From Amphiscolops sp. MND2022 (lineage: Eukaryota), in assembly GCA_964187785.1 (NCBI GenBank), contig OZ076413.1:48300001-48364000 (forward strand): DNA of 64,000 nucleotides, read 5' to 3'. The translations under genes were made by a program, and so were the position numbers. Below are positions 27,517-39,696 of the stretch, one piece after another (within the stretch, counting starts at the first letter, position 1; each line of letters starts with the position of its first letter). Below the pieces are notes generated by a model. That model made no database searches, had not been told where the DNA came from, and saw only the letters and a list, made by a program, of their open reading frames with translations.

Positions 27517-28653
27517 CTAAACTGTTAGGATTTCAATTCTACCTCCGTCTGACAAGTCCTCACAATTTGAAGCATCGGCACTGGTAGCATAAAGAATTAA
27601 GGGAGGTTGATTAGATTTGGGGACTTCTTGCTCGTTTGCGTACCTGGATTTAATGCTCTCCTTATTCCACCAACGCTCCCAGTTGCAAATCCCCTCCTCA
27701 ACGGCCACGATGAGCCAACCAAACTCGTTTGAACAAGCACCGTAGCTCTTAATGATGAGAAATTCCCTTCCATAATCTCCCTTGATACGGAACTGAGACC
27801 CAAATACTGCAGTTGGAGCTTCCAAAGTCCATAGAGACGAGTAGTTATAGTTCGACCATGAGAACCAGCCAAGAAGCGTTTGGCCCCCGTAGAAGTCAAT
27901 TTCTGACACGATTGCCGACTTTTCGAAGTTATATACCAAAAACTTGACTGTCGTAGCTTTTGCGAGTTTAGACTCAATTCCGGTGTCTCTGAATATTTGA
28001 TCGGAATGAACAGTGCCACCTTTCGGGTTGATTTCGTTGCCTGTTTCAAGATAGTCCGCTGGATTAACTCCAGAAAACGAATTGACAAGAAAAACGACAT
28101 CCCATCCACCTGAGGAGTAAATCTCAACCCTAGACGCCCAAAGACCATTTGAAAAGTTAACTGGGTCTTTCGAATTCGAATAAACAATTCCACAAAAATT
28201 GTTTTCCAGCGAAGCCTCATTAATTCACCATTTAAATTGATTACATGTTGTTTCGAGATCACATGTCAACTTCAGATACCCTTCTTGTTCACAAGGCCGG
28301 TCATTTTCAGTGGTTATCTCGAATCCTTGGTGGTCATGCCTAAACTGAACAGCGCTTGCTAACTTGCTTTGATCCCAAACTGAAGACGTCACTAGGTTGT
28401 TGGCTGAAAACCAAGCAAAGGGTCCCGAGGTCCCTTTGAACTCAATAACTTCTCTGGGAAAATTCATTTCATCGTATATGACAAAAAGAATTCTTGGAGA
28501 CCCGTTTGAATGGCTCATGAAATTTGAATACGTCCCAAAGCGATTGTAATTTTCTTTCCCGTTTCCCGTGGTTTTTCGTTCTGTGAGAAAATCGGAGAAA
28601 TTCGTTGTTGAATTAATATGATATTTTGTTTGCAGAGTCATGAAGGTGTCCAT
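27517..28653 (-). pseudogene. Probable host gene remnant with two related Trp/Cys-containing extracellular-type modules
   Basis: ORFs 28225-28653 and 27517-27939 share the pattern I[E/D]FxG...WFS..N...SS.W...F...F.I...C...G. Broken by a stop/frameshift or a small intron. Confidence 0.45.
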
Positions 28654-29589
28654 ATCTAGAAAATCAACTTCTGTACATCGAAACTAGGAAGACAGTCGAC
28701 ATTTTTCTTTCTCAAATATATTCAGGCGGGCATCAAGGGTTTTGAAAGTTTCGTTGGATCAACGCGTGTAGCAAATTCAGCGTGAGTGCCCCTGATTGAT
28801 TTTTCAGAAAACGTTGGGAAAAGGATTGATAGTCAGAGTACTTTTTGTAAAACTAATTCGTTGGTCGAAGCATTTTTTTTGAGTCAGGAATTGATTTTCC
28901 AAAAAGGCACTCTGGCTATCAATCCATGACTCAACCGGGCGCACTCAACCGGGCGCACTCAACGCTAAACTAGCTGGCGATTTTCAGCAGTGCTCATTAA
29001 ACTAAATAGTATGTACGTGTGTTTGACAAAAATTGTGATTTCACATTTGAATTTAGATTTTTTAATTGTATAACTCAATTTTGAGCAAGTAGTTTTTCCA
29101 GAGATGATGGAAACAACCGTTTAATAACAACCATTAATGAACTTGATAATTGTTCTGATTTTGCCGAAAATGATGCCACTTCGGAGTAGTCGTCGGAACG
29201 TTTGTGAAAACATCAAAAAAATGCAACTTCTTTTCAATAGAGCAAGTTCGAAAAATCTGCCCCGACCACCGAGCTTTCTAACGTAACATTCTCAAATACA
29301 TCTCCGATGCAATCAGTTGGTCACGTTTTGATTACATCTAACATTGGGCTATTTACAAAGCTGAAAGTGGTAAAGTTTCACAAAAGGTTTGTTTTCAAAA
29401 TTTCAGCTTTTGAGGCATTATAAGACGTACCGCCAATATTTTTCTACAATGGATTTTTTTTCAATATCAAGAGCTGGTGAAACTTCCCTCCCATGGAGCG
29501 ACGGTATGGACCATTTCTGGCTTGTAAGGCTGCAGATGGTAAATATTCAAGACTTCAAATGAATTCCTGTCAGTCGAATCGCGGATTTT

Positions 29590-30173
29590 TAGTCAAGGCT
29601 TTTTGACAAAAAGTGCCCGACTATTACAAAGGCCAGTTTTTTTCTTCTTTTTTTTGTCAGACGAAATAGCTCACCCTGTATGTACTACTTTTCGTACATT
29701 ATGCACTTTTACCAAAAGTACTTAGTATTTAATTTTGAACGCATCCAAAAGCCTCTAACTTGAAATACAAAACCCAGAAAGGTCCCCATTTCCAATTTTT
29801 CGGCACTATGAGACTTTCCCCGCCCCTTTTTAGCTTTGTTAGACTGTTTTCCGAAATTTTTTAATGTCTCCAAAGAGTTCCCCTTCATTTTTTTGATATT
29901 TTGCAACTTGATGGATGTTGAAAAAGCCTAAAGGGCACTTTTTACACTTTTCGGCACTACGAGACTGTTCAAAATTCTCATTTTTGTTTTTTTTTTCAAA
30001 AATTTCGTAAAAATTTTAATGTCTCCAAAGGGTGCTCCTTCATTTTTTTTGGATATTTTGCAACAAACTGGATTTTCAAAAAGCCCTAAAGGTACCACCT
30101 TTAACTGTTTTAAAAACTTCACGCTTTTTGAGCCTTGGATGTAGCGCCGACTTTAGACGTTCCCGTCTTGTTT
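29590..30173 (-). mobile_element. Non-autonomous Helentron-like (DINE-1/HINE-type) element
   Basis: Minus strand begins AAACAAGACGGGAACGTCTAAAGTCGG (DINE-1-like start). AGTCGG recurs near the far end, which finishes GACTAAAAA. Internal degenerate tandem repeats and A/T-run flanks. Confidence 0.55.
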
Positions 30174-30606
30174 ATTTTTATTTTCGTCAAATCAGAGCTC
30201 ACCCTTTATGCACTTTTTGGTACAGAGGTCGAAAATCGATTTAGGGGGAGCCCAGTGGTCTTTGTTTTGAGTCCCGGTTTCAACAAGAAACGTTTTCGTG
30301 CATTTGCAAAACCGAAGGAGACTAAAGGGTACGATCCCTTTCAATCTTTTTAGGTTCATGACACTTTTTTTCGAAATTTAGTTATTGTCCCCCTTCATTT
30401 TTTGGTATTTTGCAACAAACTGGATTTTCAAAAAGCCCAACGGGTCCTTTTTACAATTTTCAACACTGTGAGACTTTTCAAAATGAATATTTTTCCTCTT
30501 GAAAGTTTGATAGATTTTAACAATAGTGTCCTTTTGCATATTTAACAAGACGGCTGCTAAGCACCGGGATATTTTCCGCCCTCTTCGCCTTCACCAATTT
30601 AGCCAT

Positions 30607-30750
30607 AGCTTATTAGGGAGGGGGAATAAGATCTAAAGAATATGATTTGAAATTTTGGTGATCTATCTTAGATCTTATCCCCTTCAGAACTTATTTCCTT
30701 TAGATCTTATACCCTCTTTTGACTTTAGATGTTATTCCTCCTCTAAGCTA
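30607..30750. repeat. Small foldback/MITE-like element
   Basis: Imperfect inverted ends TAGCTTA...GGAATAAGATCTAAAG / CTTTAGATGTTATTCC...TAAGCTA, with internal TTAGATCTTAT repeats. Confidence 0.45.
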
Positions 30751-31047
30751 TTTTAGTTACCTGGCTATTTTAGTTACTAGTAACTCAAATAGTCAAGTAA
30801 CTAAGTGAAGAGTTTAGAGAAGAGTGGAGATATGGCAGAATTTGGAAGAAGAGGAAACGCATCAGAGATCATGATTTTCCTCCTCCAAATAAATTTGTGG
30901 GGTCAGAAAATTAAAAAAAAACTTTACCCTTTTGAACCTTGAGAAGCTCCCGGATTGTTGAATCTTGTAAGCATAGCAGACACAATAGAAATTTATACAC
31001 TATCTTTTTATACCGAAGTACATGTATCTAAGTTTAGAGCAGTAGAC

Positions 31048-31570
31048 TGTGATACCATGATACATGACCTCAAAAGTTTTCTTACAGAACTTTCTAGAAC
31101 TTTTCTATTTGACAAGTTGACACATGACACCCTGAAATCTATTAAGTGAATGCTTTTACCATCCAGATATTATTACCACTAATCTGTTTAATAATTACTC
31201 TTTAATCTGATATGGTAACCTACTAATATTTAATCTATGCTCCATCACTGAAGATACTAGCCCACTAATCTATAACCGATTTAGCTATGCTTCTCCATTT
31301 AGACAGTTATTGATGACAGATAAATTATTGATGTGTGTCCTAATAACTAATCAGAGTTTACTATATCTCTCAATAGATAGGTTTTCTCTCAGTATATAAC
31401 TAGTGAAAGAATTAGAAAGGTACTCCTCAAAAGACTTAGCTAAGCATTGAAAGAGATTTCTGATATTCTGATAGTCTAGTAACATCTAGAACGGCTTCTG
31501 CTGAGGATGAAATAACTTCTTATAGTAACATCGAACCCTAACCATAACTTAACCACTCTTGAGCAGTACA
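31048..31570 (+). repeat. 5' LTR of copy B
   Basis: TGTGATACC...GCAGTACA, directly repeated at 55621-56155. Followed by the degenerate PBS ATTAGTGCGATC. Confidence 0.93.
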
Positions 31571-31719
31571 ATTAGTGCGATCAAAAAAATTTTCTACCGA
31601 CCTTTCTTTTCACGCTTCCTCTCTTATTGTACACGTTTCTTCAACTTCCTTATTCGCTATCTTTTTGTCAGACACACCGTTTCTCCTCCTCTTGGACTTA
31701 TCTACACTTTTTAACCTTT

Positions 31720-31977
31720 CGTTCCACCCAATTTTCACAGAAAATTGGTACGTGTTGGCATGGTTCTGACTGCGTCTATAACGTAATTCCTGTCAGTTAA
31801 ATTCTACTCCGTTCCAGCCACACAAGATTTGATACGTGTTGGTCAAATAATTTCCGTTCCAACCACTTCTATAGTGATACGTGTTGGTTAGAATACTTCT
31901 CCATTCCAACCACCGTCACAGGTGATACGTGTTGGCCATTCCTTTCGTTCCAACCGCAGACGTGCGATACGTGTTGA
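31720..31977 (+). repeat. Leader array of five bulged hairpins (copy B)
   Basis: Units start at about 31720, 31810, 31855, 31902 and 31946, with consensus CGTTCCAACC-stem/loop-GATACGTGTTGG. Confidence 0.85.
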
Positions 31978-32459
31978 TTTCTCTCTAAAGTGCTATCCGA
32001 CGATTCCTGCTAGTAGACTCTGTTCTAGCCGACTGGATCAACTCTTTGAGTTGGCACACCTTTTTACACCTCAACTCCTCCTTTATTACCTTTTCGAAAC
32101 ATTTTTCAAAGTTTCTATAACACTATAGAAATCCTTCATATATCACAACTTGAACACTTCTATAACAATCCCAGGGATAGACACAGGATAAAACACATAG
32201 ACACTAGACACACAGACACTATTACAAATCATAACCAGAACACAACATACATAACCATATATGATACATCTTTAACAGACCTAATAATACATTTACAGAA
32301 CATTCTTCGATACACGATATAAATTATTTTCAAATGTTTACTGTTGACGATTTTGTTGGTATTATTTTATTCAGTTGGTTTTTCCTTGCTTTCGTTGCCA
32401 TAATTGTCATAACATTTGATCAATTTCCCATACCCTTTACTCCAAAACTCTAAAACCTA

Positions 32460-35400
32460 AACATTTTATAATTCTCAATGTTTTCTTCATTTTCCTTGGA
32501 CTCTTTGGCATATATCACACACCTCGTTCATATAACATATATATAACAAATATATACATACTCATTCTCACTATCAGTTCAACTATCTTCTTCCAAGTCC
32601 TTTTTGTTGATCACATTTTTCCATATTGTACACATTTTAATACCGAATATATAATTGTCTGTATTACAAAAATATATAACCACTTAAAGTTATGATTTTA
32701 TAGAAACATCAATATAGAACAAACACAATATTCAACATGCTTCCTACTCCTTTTCAATGTAGTACTGCACCAACTCGTAATGTACGATCAATTACTCAGG
32801 ATATTAACCCTTCTCTACAAAAGCTCATCTTTCAATACACAAATCCATAACCGTTTGAAACTGAACCTCACTCTATACATACCATACCTCTACTAAGAGA
32901 ACATCTAGATTTTTACCTTTATTACGTTCGATATCAAACTTATGAAAAAACTCCATCACAAACACCATTCCAAGTCAATTTAAACCCTGTTGAAAATGTT
33001 AATACAGGAATATACTAAAGGACAATTTACCCACAAAATAGACAATTAACAACACAAGACATCTTCAACAACTATATGAACAACTTAATTGAATTCAATG
33101 AAAATTTAGATACACCTATATTCCGCCCTTCCATATTAGAAGATCTTCAACAAAAACATCTATATTTTGAAGTTCCAAGTATTGACTCTCAAATAAATCG
33201 ACAAGACAACCCTCACCACTGGGTACAACAAGATATATTACAAATTACACACTTTCAGTACAACTTTATTCAAAATCTTACACTTAAGAAAGGACACTAT
33301 ACCACAAATTCAAATCTTTGCAAGATTTCTTCTAAAGTTCTTTCGATTCAATTATCAACTAATATGGGTACAACAAGATCAATCTGCATATACTAATTTT
33401 CCACAAACCTTTGATAAAGTAGATTTATTACCTTTTATGAAAAGTGATGATTTCAAACATCAGCGATACATCGATCCATTACAATTTCATATACCCTATT
33501 TCGAAATTATTGCTTTCGACAATAATTTCATTGTAAAACGTTCTGAAACGTCAAATAATTGACCCTATATTACTACATCTGCAACTGAAATCCATACAAC
33601 ACAACATAACACTAACATCCAATGAACTTATTTCTGATACTTCTGAATCACAAGTACAATAATCACAACAAAGTCCACAAAGAACACCACCAATAACACA
33701 TCAACCACCTAATGCACAATTTGGAAATCTGTCACTCCAGTTAGATGAAAATCATAACAATGATAATGACCAAGATGAACTTCAACTCCCAAATCCTACA
33801 CTTGATACTCAAAGTACAGATCTCACAGTTGATTCAAATATCTTAATGGTACCTATAAGACCTATCGAAAACCAAGATACATCACATAATATAGAACAAG
33901 ATCCACAATTATTAATTCAAGATTCTTCGACCTTATCTACTCTACTAACACTATACCACAACCACCAATATCGAAAAATTATGATCCACCACCCTTACCT
34001 GAGTCTGATACATGTACTTCTTCCTCTGTATCTCAACAGCCAAGTTCCTTCAATAACAAAATTAATGGTCTTATAGGTACCACACGCCCACGATTTTCAT
34101 TTCAATCTCCTTCTCCCCCTGAAAGAACGTCTGTTACAACACATCCATATACTTAAGCACAAAATACTTCTGATCCAAATATACCAACCACCTTTAACAT
34201 TTATATGATACATACCAATCCTTCTCCTAACATTGTCACTTCTAGAACACTTTTTAGACCTCCATTAAAAAAACTAACAATCCATTACAATATAACTTAT
34301 CTAGTACAAATACACATAATTCACAACACTCTATAAATTCTCTAGAACAAAACGCTCAGATAAATCCTTCAAATACTTCTGTTCAACATAATAATTCCAA
34401 TACCATCAAGTTCTTCTATTAGAACTAATCCATATTTCACACCTTCATCACAAATTCCAAGTAATACTAATAATTTACAAACACATACCTGACATTCGAA
34501 CATTCATATAACACATCCTTATGCTCAACCATCTACTATTGTTCCAAACCCTACATATATTAACTCTTCCACTTCTATTTCAGAACCAATCAAACCATTT
34601 GGTCTTGATCATAAATATACACCTGAAGAATATTTACAACACATTGAAGCTCGTGTTACATTTTCTTTAGTACTGCAACCTTCAACCTCTCATGAATATA
34701 AATTTTGGCACGCTAGACGAATGGCTTTTATACAATGCTCTCTTACTGGTACAGCTCTCAGCTGGTACATTTGCTTAAATGACACTCACAAACAAGACTG
34801 GTCTGCTTTTGTACAAGTTTTTAAAAAACAATTTTCGTCTCAAAAGAATGCTTACTACGCACAAGTTGAAGCTCTAACCCTTGTCAAAAAGGATAATGAA
34901 ACGGTACGCCACTTTGCCCTTAAAGTTCAACATCTTGTTGAAAAAGGCTTGTGTAATGAAAGTGGTTCTACTATCAACTTAAAATGTAATGAAATTCTTA
35001 CAAAAAGTCTTCCAGAAAACCCTGAAGACTTCGCAAACAAAAGACAAGTAAAACACACTTCAACTGTTCTAGAACCTTCAATACCATTTCATACACTTGT
35101 AAAACTGGTAGACGCTGAAGATATAGCCAATGATAAAATACGCACTCATGATCTCACTGGTGAAGTAAATTCTATACAAACCAACTACAACCACAAAACT
35201 TAGAAACACAACAATCTGAACACCTTATGTTTACACAACCTAGAGACCCAAATAACAAACACAAACCTGCATATAAAAAATATTGTTCATATTGCCATAA
35301 AACAAATCACTCCATCTCTGCCTGTTTCAAGAAACAACGAGATGATGAAGATAAGAGAGACCTCTATGCTAGATCTAAGTCTTCTCAAAAATCATTCGTA

Positions 35401-35576
35401 CAATACTTCCGTTCTTCTTCTCGTGAGAATAACTTTTACAGAACATACAACAAACCTACAAAACCTTATGATAGATATCGTAGAAGTACATCACGTCATA
35501 GTAATACAAATCGCACTAATTCATCACAAAATCGATATCGCTCTCAATCTAGAGACCGATACAGATATGACAGAAC
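32460..35576 (+). pseudogene. gag: gag of copy B (long N-terminal extension, capsid region, CCHC knuckle); resumes at 40622
   Basis: SLTGTALSWY...DWSAFVQVFKKQFS (retrotransposon Gag), CSYCHKTNHSISAC (CX2CX4HX4C) and an Arg/Ser-rich tail. Confidence 0.85.
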
Positions 35577-36498
35577 TGTAACGGCTGCTTGCCCTTATCC
35601 TGCCTGCGCTGAGGCTTGACAAACTTTACGCCGCCCTGATCCGTTGCTTAGTACTGTGGACCGTCACTAAGCAATTCCTGGTTTCTTGCTTTAAAGGACT
35701 GTATCTTTTGACTGGTGGGTCCGATGTGACCCGTGGAATCTCCTGCGATTCCGCTTTGCACTGATTTGGATCCGATGTGATCCTGCACACACTTCCCTCA
35801 CAGTATCTTCACGCGCTCCGGCTCTCCAACTATGAGAGTAGCTACTTAGTCGCTCTGACTCTAGTGAAAGTTGTGAAGATTGAGAAGTTGATTAATTAGT
35901 CTCGCGGTCCTGAGACCCAACTTGACTATAGCTATACAGTGGAGAAAATCTCTATCTAATAATGGTATAAATGTGGTTTACAATTCTACAGTAAATATAG
36001 AGCAAATATAAGTTGAAATATGTTGTATAAATAAATGACATTTAAAGCATAAAATGAAGTTATTGGCTAACTAAACAAACTATGTGGTGGTTTTGGCATG
36101 TTGGTTAGGTGGGCGATAAAGCATGTTTACACTATGTAACTATCATCAATTCAACAGAGTTACATTCTAATGTGGTCATATGGGTAAATAACAAAGTTTA
36201 CATTTTGTCTCAATGACCTTGAATACTACACATGTGAGGGGTAAAGGGGGTTATAATGGGTGGATGACCTTGAAACTTGGCCGGTGTGTTAGTGTTAGGT
36301 ACTTGCGTATGTGTGCCAAGTTTCATGGCTCTATGATTAATAGTCTTGGAGAAAACCCATTTGGGGGGGTTTAAAGGTTTGTGATGATTGGATTTTCTTT
36401 AAATTTTCATCTAAGTTTTTAAGAGTTTAGGTCTTGTTTCTCAACCAGCATTTTCCAAATCGACGACTTTCTTTGCCTGCTGATGACTGGCGCCAACA
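35577..36498 (-). repeat. 3' LTR of Bel/Pao-like element
   Basis: Direct repeat of 39697-40616 with TG...CA termini. Confidence 0.93.
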
Positions 36499-39146
36499 TT
36501 GCCGGCCCTGTTTTTCTCCCGAAAAACACTTTCGTAGAACATGGGTGCCAGTTTCACTACTGGTCTTTTGAGTTTTCCATCTTCCGTTTTCACCAGCGCT
36601 GATCTCACTCGCCCATCGCTTCCATGATAGACTTCCAACACTCTGCTGGTCTTGTAGTGTGCTCTTTTCACATTGTCATCTACTATCCAAACCAAATCAT
36701 TGACTTCCAGTTGTCTAACTTCTTCTTTAATCCATTTTCCAAAAAATTGAAGTTGCATCATCATTTCTTCCCATGATACAGCCGGCCCTATGAAAGGCCC
36801 ATTTTCCGAACTTGTTGTAGTTTGTGCTTTTGAAGAACCCAATTGCGTTTCCATTAGCGATATTTCGTCTGCAAAATTATCTATCACAATCTTTGCATAT
36901 AGGATGCCAGTTGTCAATTGAACACATTCGACCATTCCATGTAATAGGTTTGAGGTGTGTTCAAACTTCCGAGCTTGTTTCTTCGGTCGCTTGCGGTGGC
37001 CTTTGCTCAATTGAGTTTTATCCATGCCGTTAGCCTGTGCCACTGCGTCCATCCCAGAGTTTCCATTACCAATCCGAGGGTTCCACTCATTGTTATTACT
37101 CGGGATAGTTTCTTCTACAAGGCTTACTTTGAAGTCAACATCAAATTTCTCTCCAAAGGTTGCAATCACGGTACGTGTTTCACATTTAGCATTGCATTCA
37201 ACGGGTTTGTCATGTTTCGCTGCAACATGACATAGCTTTCGATACATTGCTTCTTCACTACAATCATCAAGCAGTGCAAATTGTTGCTCATGCACAAATC
37301 CATAACTTTTGTCGAATTCAAAACATTTGTTTCCCTCTTCAAGAAGTAGAGTACTGTCATGAAGCATCGTCACTTCAAATATTTTCCCTTGCTGTACATC
37401 CTGTTGAACGGTGAAAACTTCTGCACTCTCTTGCAGCAGTTCACGTTGGACACTCGATTCTCCCAAAGTTTGCTTGCTAGATGCGAATGATAAGAATCTA
37501 TGCTCCTTCCTTGTTTCCGTCATTGTGTGATTCAATATCTCTTCTGTTTGCACTATCGAATGCTCACTCATGCCTAAGTGAATCTCTTCTTCCAAAACCT
37601 GTTTGGTATCCACGAGGAGGGTTTCTGAACGGACGTCTTGCCGACCGTTGTCTACAATGAATGTTTCTGACCAGTTCTGTATGCATTCCGCTGTGAGGAA
37701 CTTCGAGGTTCCTTTGTTTGCAACTTTCACGTCTGGTTGTGATGTTGCTCCTTGTCTGCATGTTCCGTTATCAACATCGGTTCTGTCTTTCCGATCAGCT
37801 TGCTGATCAACTTCTGTGGGAGGTTTTGAGTCTCTCCTAATCGCGGAGAATTTTCCTTCGTGAACTAATCTCACTGCATTCTCTGATTTCAAATGAACTG
37901 ATAGTGCAATATTGGACTTAGCGCCGTCTTCGACTGTTTCTGTCTCAGCCATGCATCTTGAGTCTTCCGTGAAACTGTCGACTGATGAGACACTTGGGAA
38001 GCTAGTCCCCTGACTGCTCGACACTTCCGCTATTTCTCTTTCTTTTTCAACTATTCTGGCTTTGCGGGCAAGCTGTTCATGCAAGTCAGCTATTTCCATT
38101 TGTATTGCTTCACGCTTCAGTTTCTCGACTCGGGTTTGCAGTTCTTCTTGCTCTTTTTGAGCTTTTACTTTCAAATAAAGAACTCGTCTAGCACTTGAAC
38201 TTTTCGAAATCACTGAGCTTGTGTTGCTTCTGGTTTCAACCAGTTGTGGATGTTTGCCCTGTTCCTCTATTTCCAATTGTCCAGTCTCGCTTCTTTGGCC
38301 TTGGACTTCATCCGATTTCTGATCTTCCGCTTTCTCTAATGCTAGAGGAAACAGTCGATCTCCATTAGACCACTTCGTGCTAACTGTTGGTCTGTTGTCC
38401 ATCAGGATTGTTACGTCAGACACCTTACTGTTTTCTTCAGGTAGTGATGTCACATCGTTGATTGAGTTTTCCACTTCAGATATGCTGTCTCTCATACCAC
38501 AGCAACTTTCTTGGTCCTTGGTCTTTCTTGACCGTGTCAGTGATTCCTTTTCACTAGCTGTTTCTTTTACACAATTAGGTTTTGCCTGATGGACAGGTCT
38601 TTGCCTCAACTTTCTTTTGCGAGGGCATCTCATAGCTGCGTCTGCAGATAATCCATTTGTCATCTGACTCAGTTTCAACTCTTTTGTCCCATCAATTGGA
38701 CACTTCAACATTTGCTGCACATCGGGGAACCAATATCCCCAACTCGATTCCAGTTTCGCAAAGCATTCGTCCCATTCAGTCACACTTCGACTGAGCTGTC
38801 TTTGCGTTTCTTCATTTGTAAGACTCAACATAAAGTCTACACAGAACAGCAATGCCTGTCTTCTCTCGCGGTATTCAATTACCCAATCAATCAAGTTTCT
38901 TTTGGATACAACAGCTCTTTCCTCATCGAGCTTGTCATCCAAGTCTTTTACTAACGTATGGAGCTTTTCCACATGTAGGGGTACAAAATTCCAATAGAGG
39001 CTCCATGCGTACCAATCTGACACATTTTCCAACTCTTTTGGTCTGATTTCCATCAGTTGTTGGCTCTGCTTTGTGTTTCTTCCTTCAAACACATTTGTCA
39101 TTCGAGGGTGCTGCATCACTTGCCTTTCTTTCTTTTTGGCTTTCAT
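36441..39146 (-). CDS. 901-aa ORF: unknown N-terminus, Gag-like coiled coil, unknown middle, Pao integrase C-terminal (DUF5641-like) domain; no RT or IN core
   Basis: Uninterrupted ORF. C-terminal LEVNDLVWIVDDNVKRAHYKTSRVLEVYHGSDGRVRSALVKTEDGKLKRPVVKLAPM. The stop codon lies inside the 3' LTR. Confidence 0.75.
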   Translation of the reverse strand: MKAKKKERQVMQHPRMTNVFEGRNTKQSQQLMEIRPKELENVSDWYAWSLYWNFVPLHVEKLHTLVKDLDDKLDEERAVVSKRNLIDWVIEYRERRQALLFCVDFMLSLTNEETQRQLSRSVTEWDECFAKLESSWGYWFPDVQQMLKCPIDGTKELKLSQMTNGLSADAAMRCPRKRKLRQRPVHQAKPNCVKETASEKESLTRSRKTKDQESCCGMRDSISEVENSINDVTSLPEENSKVSDVTILMDNRPTVSTKWSNGDRLFPLALEKAEDQKSDEVQGQRSETGQLEIEEQGKHPQLVETRSNTSSVISKSSSARRVLYLKVKAQKEQEELQTRVEKLKREAIQMEIADLHEQLARKARIVEKEREIAEVSSSQGTSFPSVSSVDSFTEDSRCMAETETVEDGAKSNIALSVHLKSENAVRLVHEGKFSAIRRDSKPPTEVDQQADRKDRTDVDNGTCRQGATSQPDVKVANKGTSKFLTAECIQNWSETFIVDNGRQDVRSETLLVDTKQVLEEEIHLGMSEHSIVQTEEILNHTMTETRKEHRFLSFASSKQTLGESSVQRELLQESAEVFTVQQDVQQGKIFEVTMLHDSTLLLEEGNKCFEFDKSYGFVHEQQFALLDDCSEEAMYRKLCHVAAKHDKPVECNAKCETRTVIATFGEKFDVDFKVSLVEETIPSNNNEWNPRIGNGNSGMDAVAQANGMDKTQLSKGHRKRPKKQARKFEHTSNLLHGMVECVQLTTGILYAKIVIDNFADEISLMETQLGSSKAQTTTSSENGPFIGPAVSWEEMMMQLQFFGKWIKEEVRQLEVNDLVWIVDDNVKRAHYKTSRVLEVYHGSDGRVRSALVKTEDGKLKRPVVKLAPMFYESVFREKNRAGNVGASHQQAKKVVDLENAG

Positions 39147-39696
39147 TTGTTCATATGACTCTTTTGTTCCACTGAGGGCTTTCGAACTTCACAATTGTTT
39201 CTTGTAGGCTTTGTCACTTTTCCCAACTCTGCAATTTCTCAGATACAAAGTGTCAACTGCTCAATCCGGTAATCAATCGCCAATTCTTGAAGAATCAACC
39301 CAATACTGTCGATTATACTTGCCTTCTTTGACGAACTTGATTGTTTCGGTGGATCTTGTCTCTCTGACTTGATCCCTTGGCTTTACTTGGTGGATTTACT
39401 TGCAATGACGTCTTAGACCAGATCTTTGCTTCAATCAGGAATACGTTCCCAAAGAATACAATTCGTCTCAAAACTAGAATTGATGCACAAATACCTCCAG
39501 AGTGCCGCTAAAGCCCAACTCCCAGAGTACACAATAGCCCAATCTCCCAGAGACACAGTAGCCCAATCTCCCAGAGACACGAAATCAGAGACTCCAAGAT
39601 CCAGTTCTTGGGCGATCTTCTCAGTTGTCCACCAACGAGTCGTCTTCTTCTAGTCCGGGGCGTCCACCAACGAGCTGTCCGGGTCGGCGGACCAAA

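Noticed and set aside
28929..28963. 15-bp tandem repeat ACTCAACCGGGCGC
   Set aside because: Only about 2.4 copies, with no supporting context.
31498..31515. CTGAGGA...GAAA hammerhead-like core in the B LTR
   Set aside because: No room for stem II, and the 3' LTR has CTTAGGA instead.
31720..31977. Repeat-spacer pattern resembling a CRISPR array
   Set aside because: Eukaryotic retroelement leader, no cas genes, spacers mostly only about 10-15 nt, and variable sequence inside the repeat. Better explained as structured RNA.
39512..39580. About 24-bp tandem repeats GCCCAATCTCCCAGAGACAC in the Pao leader
   Set aside because: Short leader repeats are common in LTR elements, and there is no second copy to test conservation.
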